Notes: a model not told the origin generated them from the sequence alone. A stretch of 64,000 bases of DNA from Mytilus edulis (GCF_963676685.1 NC_092348.1:12214001-12278000), one strand, 5' to 3'; shown: positions 13,965 to 30,000, numbered from the stretch's first letter. Numbers and translations: made by a program.

Positions 13965-14602
13965 AGGAGTAGGTCCGGTAAGGACCGATTTTGGCCTCAA
14001 GGTTCATCTGACGAAAGATTTTGACCACTTTTTAAACACTTAAGTGTCTATTTCATTTGAATCAATTAGTTTATGTGAAAGATTTTAACTGATTAAGTCA
14101 TTAAAAACGATCCGATTCAAGCTCAAATAAGAAAAATCTACCAAATATGCCGAAAAATGTCACTTTTCAGATGGTTTTTGTCAAAAATGAAAGTGTTCAT
14201 ACTCAACCTTTATATATTGGTGTATTATCATCAAATACAACTTACATTTTAATATTAAGGATGAACACGAATGCAGCCACTTTCGTTTTACACGAAAACC
14301 GTCTAAAATTTAACTAAAATGCTAGAATTGTGAAGATTTCAGTAATTTAGCATGACTTAATGGTGCCAGTAGCCGATATATGCATATATGTGTATTGTAT
14401 TGTCAAAAACAGCCCATATTTATGTAGCAGAAGCATTCTAATGTCCAATAAATAACTAAAAGTTTACATTTTAACAATTTTTTTAAACTGATAACAAAAT
14501 TGAGAATGGAAATGGTGAATGTGTCAAAGAGACAATTTTTTTACAATTTTGTAAAACTGCTATATTTTGGGGCCAAAAAGAGGTCTTACTGGACCTACTC
14601 TT
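13965..14602. mobile_element. MITE with ~32-bp imperfect TIRs
   Basis: aggagtaggtccggtaaggaccgattttggcctcaa versus ttggggccaaaaagaggtcttactggacctactctt; no ORF; TSD degenerate. Confidence 0.8.
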
Positions 14603-15685
14603 TTCTTCCATAAAGGAATGTCCCTTTAAAATATTGATCAAGAAGATCACAAAGGATCAATCAGATTCCTGGGTCGATGAAGAACTGACTATACCATAAC
14701 CAGAAGAAAAAATGAAAAAAAAACAAATCCATAAATCACAACATTGCTAAGAAAAATACAACCACACTTATCCCTTAACATAGAGTGAACAGACAGGTTA
14801 ATAGATCCTACTAAAATTAGTACATTGTATGCTATCCGACGAAATTCTAATCATATTGTGTTGTAAAACAAACAAAAAAATTTCCAAATACCCGCTCAAG
14901 TTGCCATCAGGGTGATGGTTTATGTTTCGGATTTTTTTTTATCAACAGTTTACTGGGACAAAATGTGCACTTTTTGCCTTCTAGATTTATATTTGTATTT
15001 TAGACATACTTCAGAGAGGAACTTTAGATGAAGAATGGAAAAAACAATTGTTTAGGTGATTTAGCCTTTGTCCTCTTGTGCATGATTAATCATAATTTGG
15101 ATAATCGCTTCTATCCATTAAACTTGTATTTAAATGCTGCTCCAAATTAATACTGATACATTTGCGTCAAACATTCTGAATTCTGGATTTAGAAATCGAC
15201 AAAGGGGTAAGTAGGAGTGGAAATCTTCGTCAATAGCGACTTTTTTACTGCCTTTTAAAAGTATTCAAAGTAAATCAACAAATATACTGTACTCCGAGGA
15301 AAATTCAAAACATAACGTTGCAATCAAATGCCAAAATCAAAAGTACAAACACTTCAAACGAATGGAAATCAACTGTCATAACCTTAATTTATTACAAGCT
15401 TTTCATTATTAAGTAGTTGGAAAATTAAATTTGGCTTTTAGCCAGCTTAACCCCTCATTTGTTTGACATTTGCATTAAATCTTATTATATTGAATACAAT
15501 GTGTGAACAAATTCAACAGCCATAAATGTCAAAAATTGGGGAGTGCAGTTGACATTGTGTTTTAATCAATCTTTATCACTATAAAAACAAACAAGGGCAA
15601 CAAATAAAAATAAAATGGCTATATGTAGTACGGTGACCTATAGTTGTTAATTTCTGTGTAGCTTTGGTCTCTTGTGGAGAGTGTG

Positions 15686-16026
15686 TGACAATAACTCAAA
15701 ATTCTTTAACTAATTTTCATAAAACTTTGGTTAATTGTTCAAATCTATTGACATTAACTCCATTTCAATTTTTAGTGTATACGAGTCAGAAGATTAGTAA
15801 CTGCTATTCATATGAAAGGGGGTATTTTTAAGTTTTTGGACCATAACTCCGAAATGCTGTGAGCAGTTTTCATTAAACTTCGGTGATAGGTTTACATCTA
15901 TAATAATAAGCTTCCTTTAGGTTTATTATATAAATTTCTTATATGGCATTGAGTAGTTATGGACAATTTTTTACTGAAAAAACTATCGCCGGGACGTATC
16001 ATGCGATCTTGGCGCAGCTTTTTATT
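15686..16026 (+). mobile_element. 3' remnant of a Helentron-type (HINE) element related to 39737..40876
   Basis: Degenerate gacaataactcaaaa units followed by cgggacgtatcatgcgatcttggcgcagctttttatt (sub-TIR plus hairpin). Confidence 0.65.
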
Positions 16027-19000
16027 GTACACTGTTATTGATTACATGTATCTGGTTTATACTTCCAAACATCATATTTTCTTTAAAACTTCCATGTTGA
16101 TTTTTTTATCCACGATTGATTTCTTATACAATTTATCCATACTTTGTAAATACTATTTACAAAAACATTATGTCTATGCTGAAGAGTCATTCTTCAATAA
16201 ACGAAATTACGCATATAATATGAAATTATATATATTCAATTAATATACTGATTGAACGAACTCACAATTGAAATAATACATGGATAACAATTGTCAATTG
16301 CATCGTTAAACACTTTAGACAGAAGATCTCGATTGCATAATGCAGTTAAAATGTTTTGTATTGGAGTATTGCAGATTTAGGGGCACCAGCTGTCAACACA
16401 TGTTCACTGTCTGATTAGACTCAAGTTCTCATATTTATTTATAACCATGTAAAACATTTAGCCAAATTATGAAAAAGTCTTAATAAATCGGACTCGGACA
16501 TCTCTTGAACTGAATTTTAATGTGCGTATTGTTATGCGTTTACTTTTCTACATTGGCTAGAGGTATAGGGGGGGGGGGGGTTGAGATCTCATAAACATGT
16601 TTAACCCCGCTGCAATTTTGCGCCTGTCCCAAGTCAGGAGCCTCTGGCCTTTGTTAGTCTCGTATGATTTTTAATTTTAGTTTCTTGTGTATAATTCGGA
16701 GTTTAGAGTCCATTATCACTGTACTAGTATACATATCTTTAAGGGGCCAGCTGAAGGAGTTTTCTCGCTACATTGAAGACCCATCGGTGGGCTCGATACG
16801 TAGATCCGTGTGTATTTTAGTATTGACACGAAAATTCATAAATCGATTGAGAAAAAAACAAATCCGGGTTACAAACTAAATCTGAGGGAAACGCATCAAA
16901 TATAAAAGGAGAACTACAACACAACAGAAACACAACATTAAAATGTAACACACACAGGAACGAACTATGAAAACAATACTTTTACACTTCACACGTCCGA
17001 ATCATGTTTCTGAATTGACCTTTATCGGTAACGTTAAATTCCGAATATTTGAAAGCCAAGGATGTTCTAGAACTGAAACAAGTTTTGAATCGACCTGAGT
17101 CTTATTCGTTGTGAATGTTTTAAACAGAAACTATCATAAATCTATTATCAATAAGAAACTGCAAATAACAAAAATATTGATTGACTATAAAGTTGTCATA
17201 AATTTTACTCATTCATATATGGCTTCCTTTCAAATTGGTTTAAATTTTAGACTTTCGGAGCGCGCAACACAAACACTCAAAGCCAATAATGTATAAATAA
17301 CTTGTGAAGTTAAGGGACAAATTGTAGCAAAACGAACTGCGAAAGGGAAATAAGATATTTTTACTGAGGAGATATTTCGAAACATCATACTCTAACAGGG
17401 TTCTTGAGGAATGACCTTAACATTCGTCTCACGTTTATTTATTAGTGATTAAAATATTTGTTCGATACAGCACAGTGTTCGGTTTAGTAATGGTAACGTT
17501 ACTAGTTTTCAATGATTTCAACCGACTTCTGTAAAAGCGTTAAAGCTTTGCACATTTTTTAATACAGCTGGCATTTTGATGTTTAACTACTTATTTTAAA
17601 AAAAATAGACTGTAAGTAAACATGACTGATTATTTGTTTTTGATAAATAAACTTTATTTCCTCATAATCTTAACTTTTTGAAAGTTTATATTTCAAATAT
17701 GTGTTACTGCCCAAGCATGTTTATTGTTGCAAAGTGTATATCCTCCGTCAACACAAGTATCCAAGTCTAGGCATATATATCGCGTGGAAACAGCCTGTAT
17801 CAAAGCTGTTTAGTGCTTTGAGAGTATAAATGTTATCAACCGCCTTCAACTGTAGTTTTCGAACTACAATTAGCGAATAATTTTAGGGTCTTTCTATCCG
17901 TACGGCCAACATCCAAAATATGTGTCTTTCGAGAAGATTATGCAGTCGGAAACCAGGTTGAAATAGAACAAAAGAATCGAAGCTCTCTATTAGAGAAGGC
18001 GATAAATGTTTACTGTATTGTTTACTATAGTGACAAATTTTTAAAAAGTTAATAGAAACAAACAAAACTGCAATTTTCTTCTCAATTACGAGGTGTTTTA
18101 TTTCAAAAACACCATTTGCATAAGTTTTCAATATATCTAGTACATAGTTAAGCAGAACAATTAGATATCAAGTCGACGACATGGGTATCTTTCAAGTTGG
18201 ATGACAAAAATGCATAACCTCCGATTTTTTTGAAAAAATTACCACGGACGGAAAAGATATCAATCTATTAGTTCAGTAATTTTCGTGTCTGCCCTTCCAT
18301 TATGGGACTGAAGAAAAAATTCCAAAAAATAGGTAACAATTGTATCGAAAAGAGAAAATCGAGTGCACCTTTTTATGTTAGGGCGTGTTTGAGTTGAGTA
18401 TTTTGTCTTGATATCGTTCAAAGTAAGAATATTTCATACATCGTCTCGCTTCAGATTCTATCATTTTTATAAATTAAAGCTACAGGTTGACTTTATAACA
18501 CAAAAAAAATAACAGTACTAAAAGATGAAATATATGGGTCAAGTGAAATACCTATCTAATGAGTCACACAAACAGGGAAGGTGTGTTCGAATAGCTATTT
18601 TTTTACTGAAAGTACTTGACGACAGTCTTACAAGTTGGATGATGAAAATGCATATCTTCGAAAAATTCTAATTTTTTGTGTGTGATAACTAGGGTTTATA
18701 GTCTTCAACCACTAAAAAAATCTAGTCTGCCCTTCCACGAAATATGTAATTAGATTTTTTTTAAATGTTAATGATTTTTCGAAAATTCCACCTAACAACC
18801 GATCAGACAATAGTTTTAAGTTGAATCAATGCAGACAAGATCATTAACTGATGCTCATTAGCTAGTTGATACATTTGTCTTTTAAAATATAACTGACATA
18901 TGAGGATCGTATTGGTGCAATGTGGATAAATTTATCGGTTTCCAAGAGCAAAATTGGTAGCGCGTCATCGCTACAATGGCTTCCATTTTTACGATTGTGA

Positions 19001-21756
19001 AAATGAACTGGCGTAATGGGGAGATAATTTTGACGAAGTAGGATCCTGACTGTATAATGAAAATGATCCTCGTTTGGGTCAGTGACAGCAACAGCTACTA
19101 TATATCATCTCTTTGCTAGATCTATAATTTCAATTTCATCCTTAACTTTTGGAAAGAAAACGACAGTTTGGAATTGTTCATTTTATTTAAAATTAAAAAC
19201 AATCTTCAGTCCTTGAAAACGAATGAGTATTTTTCACATGCTTTTGTTTGTTGGATGCGTAGAAATGACTGTTAGTGTATACAACAAACATTCGTACTAG
19301 CAGAAACATTATATGTTACTAGGTTCCAAAGTCGAAAGGTTCGATGTTATAGAGAACTTATTATTTATCAAAAACTTCGACGCACATCGTTTACAAAACG
19401 TTGATGAAAGTCAAATTTTCTTGTTGATTTATTACCTTTTAAAAGAAATTATTAAAAATTATCTCCAAAAATTATATCATTACACAGAACGTGTCAAATG
19501 CTAAAGACACAAAAATGCCAAACTGTCAATCAATTGAAAATAAAATGATATATATAACGTTACATTCGTTGCATAAAACGTTCAATTTGGACGTGGTAAC
19601 ATTTTGGAGAACATGTACAGCTTGATGGAAATTGATAAAAAAAATTATCGTTTCCTTAACATTGAAGGCTTAAAAAAAATCTTTTAAAAAATCACATTTC
19701 AGTTGTAAATTTGTTTTCATAGTTCATTTGTCTGTCACAAATTTAAAATACCCTAAATTATCATGGTACTGAAAAATCTTAAACAATGGCTCTATGGTAA
19801 CATTTAAGCGAGACACGGAAAATACTGGGAAAAAAATGCGAGAAGCTGTGTTAGAAATAAAAATGTGTTCATAAAATTCAATTCAATCACATTTACATGT
19901 AGAGATGGCGAACCTTTTCTATAATTTATGTGTAAATATTGTAACATCGAAATGCTTGCTTTCTTTTTTGTATACTCGGATTTTCAAATCTTACAGCTCT
20001 ATGGAATTTCTAAAATGGTCACTAGATTGCGAACTGACATGATATTTATCGTAACCGTTCTACACCCACCTGTACAAGTTTCATCGAAATCCATTCAGTA
20101 GTTTTATTTTTTCTTCGTTTATATTTGTCGGTTTATTATTGGTGTTACGTCTTACAAGGCAAACAAGTCATTATGAACACGGAATTATTGCTTAATTATA
20201 TAATACAACATTACATTAAATTAATTAAAACCAGGTTTTATTTAATTTCGATTTAAAGGATGAATCAAGACAAGTAATTATTTAATAATACACAGAATTG
20301 GTGTGTTTGTGTCCTACTCCTGCATTAAGAAATGGTCAAATGAATCATATTCCGAATACCGTGCGTAACGTCTCTTGACATACAGCCGCCGCCAGTACCA
20401 TCTAAACACCTGTAGTTGTTAATTTCTGTGTCATTTTGGTCTCTTGTGGACAGTTGTCTCATTGTCAATCATACCACATCTTCTTTTATATACATAAGAC
20501 ATGATACTCGAAGAACCAATTAAATAATATTTCTAGTATTAATAGTTATCAAAGGCATTGAAGCATATTTTATTAGGCAAAATTTGAGGTGACTCTATTA
20601 TGAAAAGTTGTGGCTGTTCCATTTATCTCCTTTAGAGTTTGGTGTTCCCAAACGTGGTATATAATAACTTATAAGAATTATGGTCACAAGAGTACATTTC
20701 AAAAACAAGTGTTGTCGATACGGAACTCTAAAAATAACAAATGTTGTATTTTGGCAATCGTGATTGGTATACATGTATCGAAATAACAGAAATATTTGAT
20801 TCAGTATCGAAAACATGTCATGTTCCTACATACATAATTACTGCTGTTAGTTTGATTTGACTTATTAGAGAATCTTAATACATCTTTCTACAATTTAAAT
20901 TGATAACAAACTTGAAGATTTAACACCCTAATTATACAGTTGGCGTTAGAACAGAGAGCAGCACACTGTACGTTGACAGTTTTATCGTAGTCGAAAGATT
21001 CAGTCAAGTAGGAATATAAGTTTTGTTAATACTGGAAACAATATTTTGTACTACAATACTATCAAATGTTATAAAACGTCAGCCCAAAATTAGAAGGGAG
21101 AGCCTCAGAGCAGAAATAATTGTATAAGTGCAACTCCAATCAAAATTAATATAAAAAGACATCTAGCGACAGTACCACAAATGAGATTTACATATGTATC
21201 AGTAAGTAACATTATTAAATGTGCAAAAAATTCAAACGAACATTGTTGCAAGTTTCCCACCCTCCGTCCTAGCAAGTCAACTTTGCGGTATCTATATGAA
21301 TGAGTTCTCGAATTACGAATGACTTTCTGCAGGTATGTCAACAATAAGAATTAAAACATCATATAATTATGTGTATATCAGACAATTTATAGTTCTTTCA
21401 CATCATTATTATCCCTTAAATATAAATCTAGGTTTAGCTCTAACATATTAATGAATTTTCATTCAACGAATAAACTGCCAACATCAAAGTTTAATGTTTT
21501 AAAAGTTTGATGACATCCTTTAACAACACTTAAAACGTTGGCAAATATTTACACGATGTGTGAAAGTGTTCATGTAGATCATTAACATTAAAGTAGATGT
21601 ATGGTCACACCGGCGGTTATTATTATTAGTATACTAAAACAATTATTTACAAACTTGTCATCGTATTTGTTGGTGTGTACTGTACCAGTAAAGCAAAGTG
21701 TCTGGCGTATTTAATTATAATCCTGGTACCTTTGATAACTATTCAACCGAACTAAA

Positions 21757-24700
21757 ATGGAAACAGTTGTTAATACATTTCACTGGGCTGACTATTTGAT
21801 TTTTGTTTTATCACTGGGCATTGCGACAGGAATAGGAATATATTACACATGGCGGGACAAAAAGAATCAGACAACTGCGAATCTTCTTCTTGGAGACCGA
21901 AAAATGGGACTTGTTCCCGTTACTATGTCTTTGATGGCAACATCAGTTTCCGGTGGCATGATAATGGGAGTTCCTTCAGAAGTGTTCTTTAATGGAACTA
22001 TGTTTATATATATTGTATCAACAAATGTGCTATCTTTGCCATTCGTTATACATTTCATAATACCAGTGTATCATCAACTTCAAATAACGAGTGCATATGA
22101 GGTAAGAACTTGGATTTGTAGCTGTAAAAATTATCTTTTAACAATTGATACAGTTTCAGCAATTCGAGAACTCCTGCATATAATCCATACCACATCTCCT
22201 TTTTATATACTGCCACTTCTTAAACATATTCCATATTCCATATGTCATCAAAAATAAAATAACTTAAAAACCGAACTCTGAGGAAGAATCTTAACGTAGA
22301 GTCCGTATGTTTAACCTCTCACTTGTAAGACAGTCGTATAAAATGCCATTATATTGACAACGATGTGTGAACACAACCAGCAGACATAATAGGTAAAAAG
22401 TCAAAAATAGGACAACAGCGGACAACATTGTATTGTTATCTTAATCACTATAAAACAAACAAATATATCAACAACGAAAAAAAAGAAATATAGACAAAGC
22501 ACATTAGCGAAAAGGAAAGACAAGAATACAAAAATTTACCATAGCCCAATGACGGATGTATTAGTACAGAGCCACGTCAAATAGATATTACCAAAAATAG
22601 TCTATACCGTAAAAGTCAAAATTTACAAAGACAGATGAGAGAATAATATAAAACTAGAGGCTCTCAAGAGACTGTATCGCTCACCTGACTCTACTTGGGT
22701 TTTTGAAATCATATAAAAAAAAAGATAAAATTTGGCTACAAAGTTACAACACTTGGTCAGCACCCCATAAGGAACATTCATGCTATGTAGGGTTTCATTC
22801 CATTCAGTGGTTCTCTAAAAGAAGACTTTTGTATGCATTTCCCATAGGGTCCTATGTTAAACTAAACCCCCCGCTGACGGCCATCTTGGATGATGGATCG
22901 GCTACAAAGTAACAACACTTGGTCAGCATCGCATAAGAAACATTAATGCTATGTTTGATTTCATTCCATTCAGTGGTTCTCTAAAAGAAGAAATTTGAAT
23001 GTATTTCCCATAGGGTCCTATGTTAAACTAAGTCCCCCCCACTGGCGGCCATCTTGGATGTTTGATGGATGACAAAGTAACAACACTTGGTCAGCAACTC
23101 ATTAGGAACATTCATGCTAAGTTTTGTTTCATTCCATTCAAATGTTCTCTAAAAGAAGTCATTTGTATGCATTTCCCAAAGGGTCCTATGTTGAAGTAAG
23201 TCCCCCGCTGGCGGCCATCGTGGATGATGGATCGGCTACAAAGTAACGACACTTGGTCAACACTTCATAAGGAATATTCATGCCATGTATGGTTTCATTC
23301 CATTCATTGGTTCTCTAATAGAAGTCATTTGTATGCATTTCGCATAGGGTCCTTTGTTGAACTAAGTCCCCCGCTGGCGGCCATCTTGGATGATGGCTCG
23401 GCTACAAAGTAACAACACTTGGTCAGCACCTCATAAGAAACATGCATGCCATGTTTGGTTTTATTCCATTCAACGGTTCTCTAAAAGAAGTCATTTGTAT
23501 GCATTTCCCATAGGTTCTAATGTTAAATTAAGTCCCCCGCTGGCGGCCATCTTGGATGATGGATCGGCTACAAAGTAACAACACTTGGTCAACACCCCAT
23601 AAGGAACATTCATGCCATGTTTGGTTTCATTCCATTCAACGGTTCTCTAAAAGAAGTCATTTGTATGCATTTCCCATAGGGTCAGGTGAGCTAAAACAGC
23701 ACATACTTGTTGTCAACTATGTAATTAATTGCTATTTTGACCATTGAATTGTATTTATTTGTCTGCTATACATGTAGTTTTATTTTTTTTAGAAATTGAA
23801 ATTTCAATAGTCACTAGTACATTTTGCACTTTTGTTGAAAATTTGACAAATCAATGTCCAAAGCAATATAATGTTGGCTTTTCAGTCATAATACTTTACT
23901 CTGTACTCAGATAACAAAATTCGTGCTTCAACCATCACCTATTTGGTTGGTGGATTTCTGAGTCTGTTGTCTTTAATTGTAGTCTGTAGAACAGTGCAAC
24001 GATAGAAATAATTTATGTTATTATTTAATATTTTGCAGTATTTAGAATTAAGATTCAATAAAGTTGTCAGAGTATTAGGATGTCTGCTGTTTCAACTACA
24101 AACCGTAAGCGTATTATTAAAAATCAGTAATATGCGAATGTTTTTGAAATCATCGAGACCATTTTTCCAAAGCATTGAATATTCTTTGCCTTTTTTTATA
24201 ATCATAATAATTGTCATTGACAGTGTTGTTTCACTTCGTTTACTATAGTGTCAAATTAAACAAAAGTTAAATAAATACTTAAATTGAGTCCTTTATCCCT
24301 GAGGCAAGGTCGTATATTAGACGTGAATTTATAATCTAATATACGTCCTTGTAATAAATCTTTGCCAGGGGTCAACATGGAGTCCGGTATATATTCTTAT
24401 CACTTCGTATTGCCGATGAAAACAATTTAAAGTTTTGCTAGATATACTGGTATATATATTTGAAAAAAATCTATTATATAATAATTGTTAATTGTTTTGT
24501 ACACACATAAGGTCGTCAGTTTTCAGGTTTGAATGTTTTACATTTGTCAATTTGGGGTCACTTTATCTTTCTATGCGGTATGGGTGTTGCTCATTGTCGA
24601 AGCCCATGCGGTGACCTATATTGAAAAAATTCGTAATATGTAGTTGTATTAATTATTTATCATATGAATTTATTTTCATTCTCCGCCAATGCCATACATG

Positions 24701-26994
24701 TATTGTGTATAATTATTGTATTTATATTTCACTGATGCATTCAAAAAAATATTGTAAAATTGTATATTCTATAAGCTGTATTGCTTCTGAATAAAGTATT
24801 ATTATATATAGTTCCTTACTTCTGGGTCATTTGGTCTCATTGACAATCAAGTATTATATTGACAGGAACTACTACGACCCGACTTCAAACGTTTCATCTG
24901 CGATGCCGCGCCCAATTTAATGACATGTTAATTAGCTTGAAACATGGCACGTTATTTACATAGCAGCGTGTGGTGCCCTACAATATTGTCATTCTCGGTT
25001 GATTTCGGGATTACGGAAATAAACGAAGAAATCGAAAGTTGTGATAAATTCTTAGGAAACAGCAATCGGCAAACTTCGGCAGATTCCGTTACCTAACTGT
25101 GCCGATTGAGTGATTGATGGATTAATGCGAGTCATCATTAATTCTATAGAAAACACGTTGACGATGGAAATGTGCACCAAATTTATTGAATAAATGCCCC
25201 ATTTTTATTGATTTATTTTTTCGGTAGAAATTGCACTATATGTAATATATATCGCAAGTTGTGATTATATAATAACTACTGTTTACTCCACTGAGTGGCA
25301 CACATTTCCTGCATATTTAAGACGATTGTAAATGATCGTTCTGATAAAATCAAAAGATCAAAGAGATTTTAAATAAGTGTAGAGTAAGATCATTGGTTGG
25401 TATATACGAATGTTCACCTGAACCCCGATGTGTTGAATTTTCTTTAGTACTGCGACTCAAGTATTTGTATAGTGGCATTGTACAAATTCTTGTGCGACTG
25501 TTCAATAATATTTACCAGTATCATTTGGACGGTTTCATTTGGTCGGATAGTGATAACATATTTTAGGGGACAGAAATGTATTATATAAATATCTATATAA
25601 CGTAGTTTCTTCTGCTGTATTTTGTTGATTGGTACTTGCTCGATTAATTTTCGTATTATAAACTGGAAATTTCTACTTTCCAGGATTATCCAGTAACTGA
25701 TATATATTACTCTAAACTTCACAGTTTTAATATTTATCAAATATATTTATTGTTAACCGGCGGTAACCGGAACACACCTTAATCGCGATTTAAACTTCAC
25801 CCACAAACTAATAAAATAATGTCACTCACTATTTCAAATCGTTGTAGAATAATTAATTCTGGGGCGATTTTCATTTTTTATGCATCAGTCGATTTGTTTA
25901 AATAAGTTGTTCACGAATAAAGGTCTACCGACGCGATTGAAATAAGTAAAGGTGTTTTCCGACAGGTAATTTTGTAAAGCTGTCTCGATTAAAACCACGT
26001 GATTGATAAGAAGTATCTCTGGTCAATTTATGACTGCGGCATCGCAGATAGTCACAAAAGAAATTAACGACAGCGTACTAATTAGACAGTTTCCATATCT
26101 TTTCTACAGGTCTTCCCGGGTTATAAATAAATACTAATTAATCGTTGTAGTTCCTGTCAATATAATACTTCCATGATCATACCATATCTATTGACGTGTA
26201 TACCAACATAATTAAATTTTGGATGTAACGCGTCTTCTAATTGGCTGACAGTGTTTTGTCTATTAGCTCAAATGTATACACAATTTTGTCATGTGACCGT
26301 GACGCCATCAACAATTTTTCATGATTTACCTCGGCTTAAACAGAAATTTAGAATTGAATTTTAAGGAATGACTGTAGTATTTTTCTGTCTATTCAAATAA
26401 ACATAAAAAAAATGTGGTGGACACTTTAGGATAACTCGCTACGCGCGTTTTCAGTGTGCACCACATTTTTGATGTAATTTCTTCATAGACAGAAAAAAAA
26501 TATTACAGTCATTCCTGAAATAATTTAAATCCTGAATTCAGTCTTGAGACAGAGACTAACAATATTTTAACTGGTTGCATATATATTATAAACAAAACAG
26601 ATGATGCACAATATTTTATGTATAAACTAATAATTTTTATCTGTTATAAGATATTAGGCATGGCTTTAACATTGTATGCCCCAGCATTAGCACTTAATCA
26701 AGGTAGGTGAACAATTTATTTTTCGTGAATTACATTTATTTTAATTAATGTTAACACGGGGTGTAGGCGATTTAATTAGAACGATACATACATCGTGGTT
26801 CAGTAGCAGGATTGGTACTTTGTAGTTTTCACCAGTCTTTAACTTTGTTTTCATGTACATGAATGCAAATGCAATATTTAAAAAAAGATGCATGAGATTC
26901 CAAACCAGGATTATTGATTCTTACTTACATTCATTGTATGAGATTAGATATTATATGTTTAATTAAAACGTATCATATTGATTGATCTGATTTG

Positions 26995-27053
<59 letters not shown>

Positions 27054-30000
27054 CTTGATTATTTTCACCCGGCGACGAATATTACATGTTATACATATTA
27101 AGTACAGTGAAATGTTAACGTAATAAAGATATACTAAGGGACGACATCAAAAGTTCAATGAAGGACAAAAAACTTAATTCACATAGTTTTTTCACTGACC
27201 CCCCCCCCCCCCCCCCCCCCTCTTAACTTAATTTGGGAAAAATTGATTGACCAATAGGGATATATGTAAAATCGATTTTAGATTTACAAAACTTGCAGCA
27301 ATGTTCCCCCCCCCCCAAACTATTTGATTTAAGTTTTTTATCCTACATCGATCTTTTGATGTCGTCCCTAAGGAACATCATCTTCGATATCATCTTCCAT
27401 ATTAGCAATGAACATAAGCTTTTATGTTTAAGGTTAAGGTCCATCATCCGTCAAGTTTATAAAATGTATGCACAATTTTTATATATACGGCGCCACCTAG
27501 ATATATCTACATGAAAACATATTGCTGTGTACAATATTAAATAAAAAGATGTCCAATTAACCAAGTAATATTTGCTACCTCTTTTTAAGTGTTTTGAATC
27601 TCCAAGTATCAAAAAACACATGTGCGTACCTTAATATTTCAAATGATACTACCTACTAGTATATCTTTTTAGTTATGGGAATTGAGCTGTGGGTGTCCAT
27701 CGTTGTCATTGGTCTTGTTTGTACATTTTATACTGCACTGGTAAGTAGTATATTTCTGTATTTCATTTCCTTATTACATTTCTTTATTTCAGTTTTTATC
27801 TCATTTTGTTATCTAGTTATTACATTAAAACTAAAATAGAAAGCACTCCATAAGAAGGGCGAAAGATAGCAGAGGGACCGATCTTCGCGCAATGTCTATT
27901 GTCCATATCCTCGTTCGTTGGATAACCTGCCTTTTATTAAAACTGTAGTTAGTTTTAATGATATCTATATCAATTTTATAACTACTTCTGATACTTTCTA
28001 ATTAATTGCATCTCTTATACATTGTAAATGGAAAATAACAATTCAACATTTAGAAGAATGAAAAAAAGAAGCTACAACAAATAGAGCATTTTATGTTCAT
28101 GTGTAACACGTTGAACGAAGGAACCCGAGTGTTTTGTTCAATAAGTTAAAATAGATATAAGAAGATGTGGTATGGGTTCCAATGAGACACATCTCCATCC
28201 ATGTCACAATTTATAAAAGTTAACCATTATAGGTCAAAGTACGGTCTAAAACATGGGGAAGTGGCTCACACCAAACAGCAAGCTGTAAAGGGCCTCAAAA
28301 AATACTAGTGTAAACTATTCAAACGGGAAAACCAAAGGGCTAATCTATATAAAAAAAGAGAAACGAGAAACACTTATAAACCATATCAACAAAAGACAAC
28401 TACTGAACATCAGATTCCTATTTTATCCTTCGCAACTTTATTATCATCAACGCACTTTTTTTGTTCTTTAGGGAGGATTAAAAGCAGTGATGTGGACGGA
28501 TGCTTTCCAAATGATAATCATATGGATAGCATTGTTAGTATTAATAATAAAAGCTACTAATGATGTTGGTGGCATATCCTATGTCTTTGAGAAAGCAGAT
28601 GACGGTGGTAAATTAGAATTTAACAAGTTAGTATATGCTTACATTTGAAACCTTAATTACTAAAATATATTCTACATATGTTCATATTTAAACCTTTGTG
28701 TAGAAGCTATTTTGTATTAAATGTTTATGGGCATAATAATATATAGGAAAATGAGATGTGGTATAATTGTCAATAAGAAAAATATCCACCAGAGTTTAAA
28801 TTAACGAAAATAATAGCAATTATAAAGATCATGGTACGTCCTTCAACAATGACAAAACTATACCAATAATAATCAGCTTTAAAAAGCCCCGAAAGGAAAA
28901 ATGTGAAATACTGTCGTTATATAGATAATATAGCATACCAAATTAAAATAAGATTATCAAATATGAACAAAGATAGAATATGAATTGTTTAACTAAAACG
29001 ACAAAACAAACGCAATCTCAGCAATATATATCTATTTTTCTTCAAATTTTTAAATATATGTAACGTCTTTCATACATCAATGTTTTTCAGTTTTAATCCT
29101 AGTCCAATAGAGAGACATACATTTTGGACATTGTTTATTGGTGGATTTATGTTAACATTGTCTGGGTATATTGGAAGTCAATCAATGGTACAGAGATTCA
29201 TTAGCATGAAGAATGTCAAAGGAGCGCAGTCGTAAGTTTTATATTGATATAAACGTTTTAATACCTTATTTGTTAAACTTTATTTGTCCTTGTCAATATT
29301 TCTATTTTGTTTTGAAATTACTGCCAGAAGGACCAATCACTGAAAGAAGGTAAGAAGTCATATTATACATTTTGAAGAAAAATAAGAAAAAAAACCTTAT
29401 AGTTTTAACAATAGAGTGAACTGATTATACTGTACAAAAAAAAATGAATGTATGTTGTAGAATAAAAACAACAGTAGCATACGCTGATCAAACGTAAAAT
29501 ACTACTAGTATTTTCAAAACAAATTATTTTATTATTCATTATTATATGTTATAATTGCTTTTCATCGATTTTATTTCAGGGCAATGTATATACAGCTACC
29601 TACCAGTATAATAATGATCACTGCGTTGGTATATATTGGTCTAATTCTCTTTGCCAAGTATGGAGACCAAAATCCTGTACCGTGTATAATTGATAAGAGC
29701 GATCAGGTAACGGTTACTACAGTAAACTGCTCTTGACACATTCGCATGCATTTTGTTTTTAATTTTATAAAGATTTTTTATACTGAATTGACGCACGATT
29801 TAAAACAAAGGTCGTCACATACTGCAAAACTTGTCATATAAATACTCAGTAAAAAAGATACGGCATGTGTTAGTTGTTTTTTTCATTTGAAAAAGAACCA
29901 ATCCCGAGTGAATTGTAAAGGTATCTCTGCTTAGAAAAATCTGAACATTTGCACTATTTTTACAATTATTTGTATTTTTATGAACACATATAATCTGTTA

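Noticed and set aside
17883-18795. Possible TIR element (tagggtctttc ... gaaaattccaccta) with an internal direct repeat
   Set aside because: Ends match poorly and I could not establish a TSD.
22703-23747. Four similar 62-69-aa ORFs
   Set aside because: Translations of the 166-bp satellite monomer.
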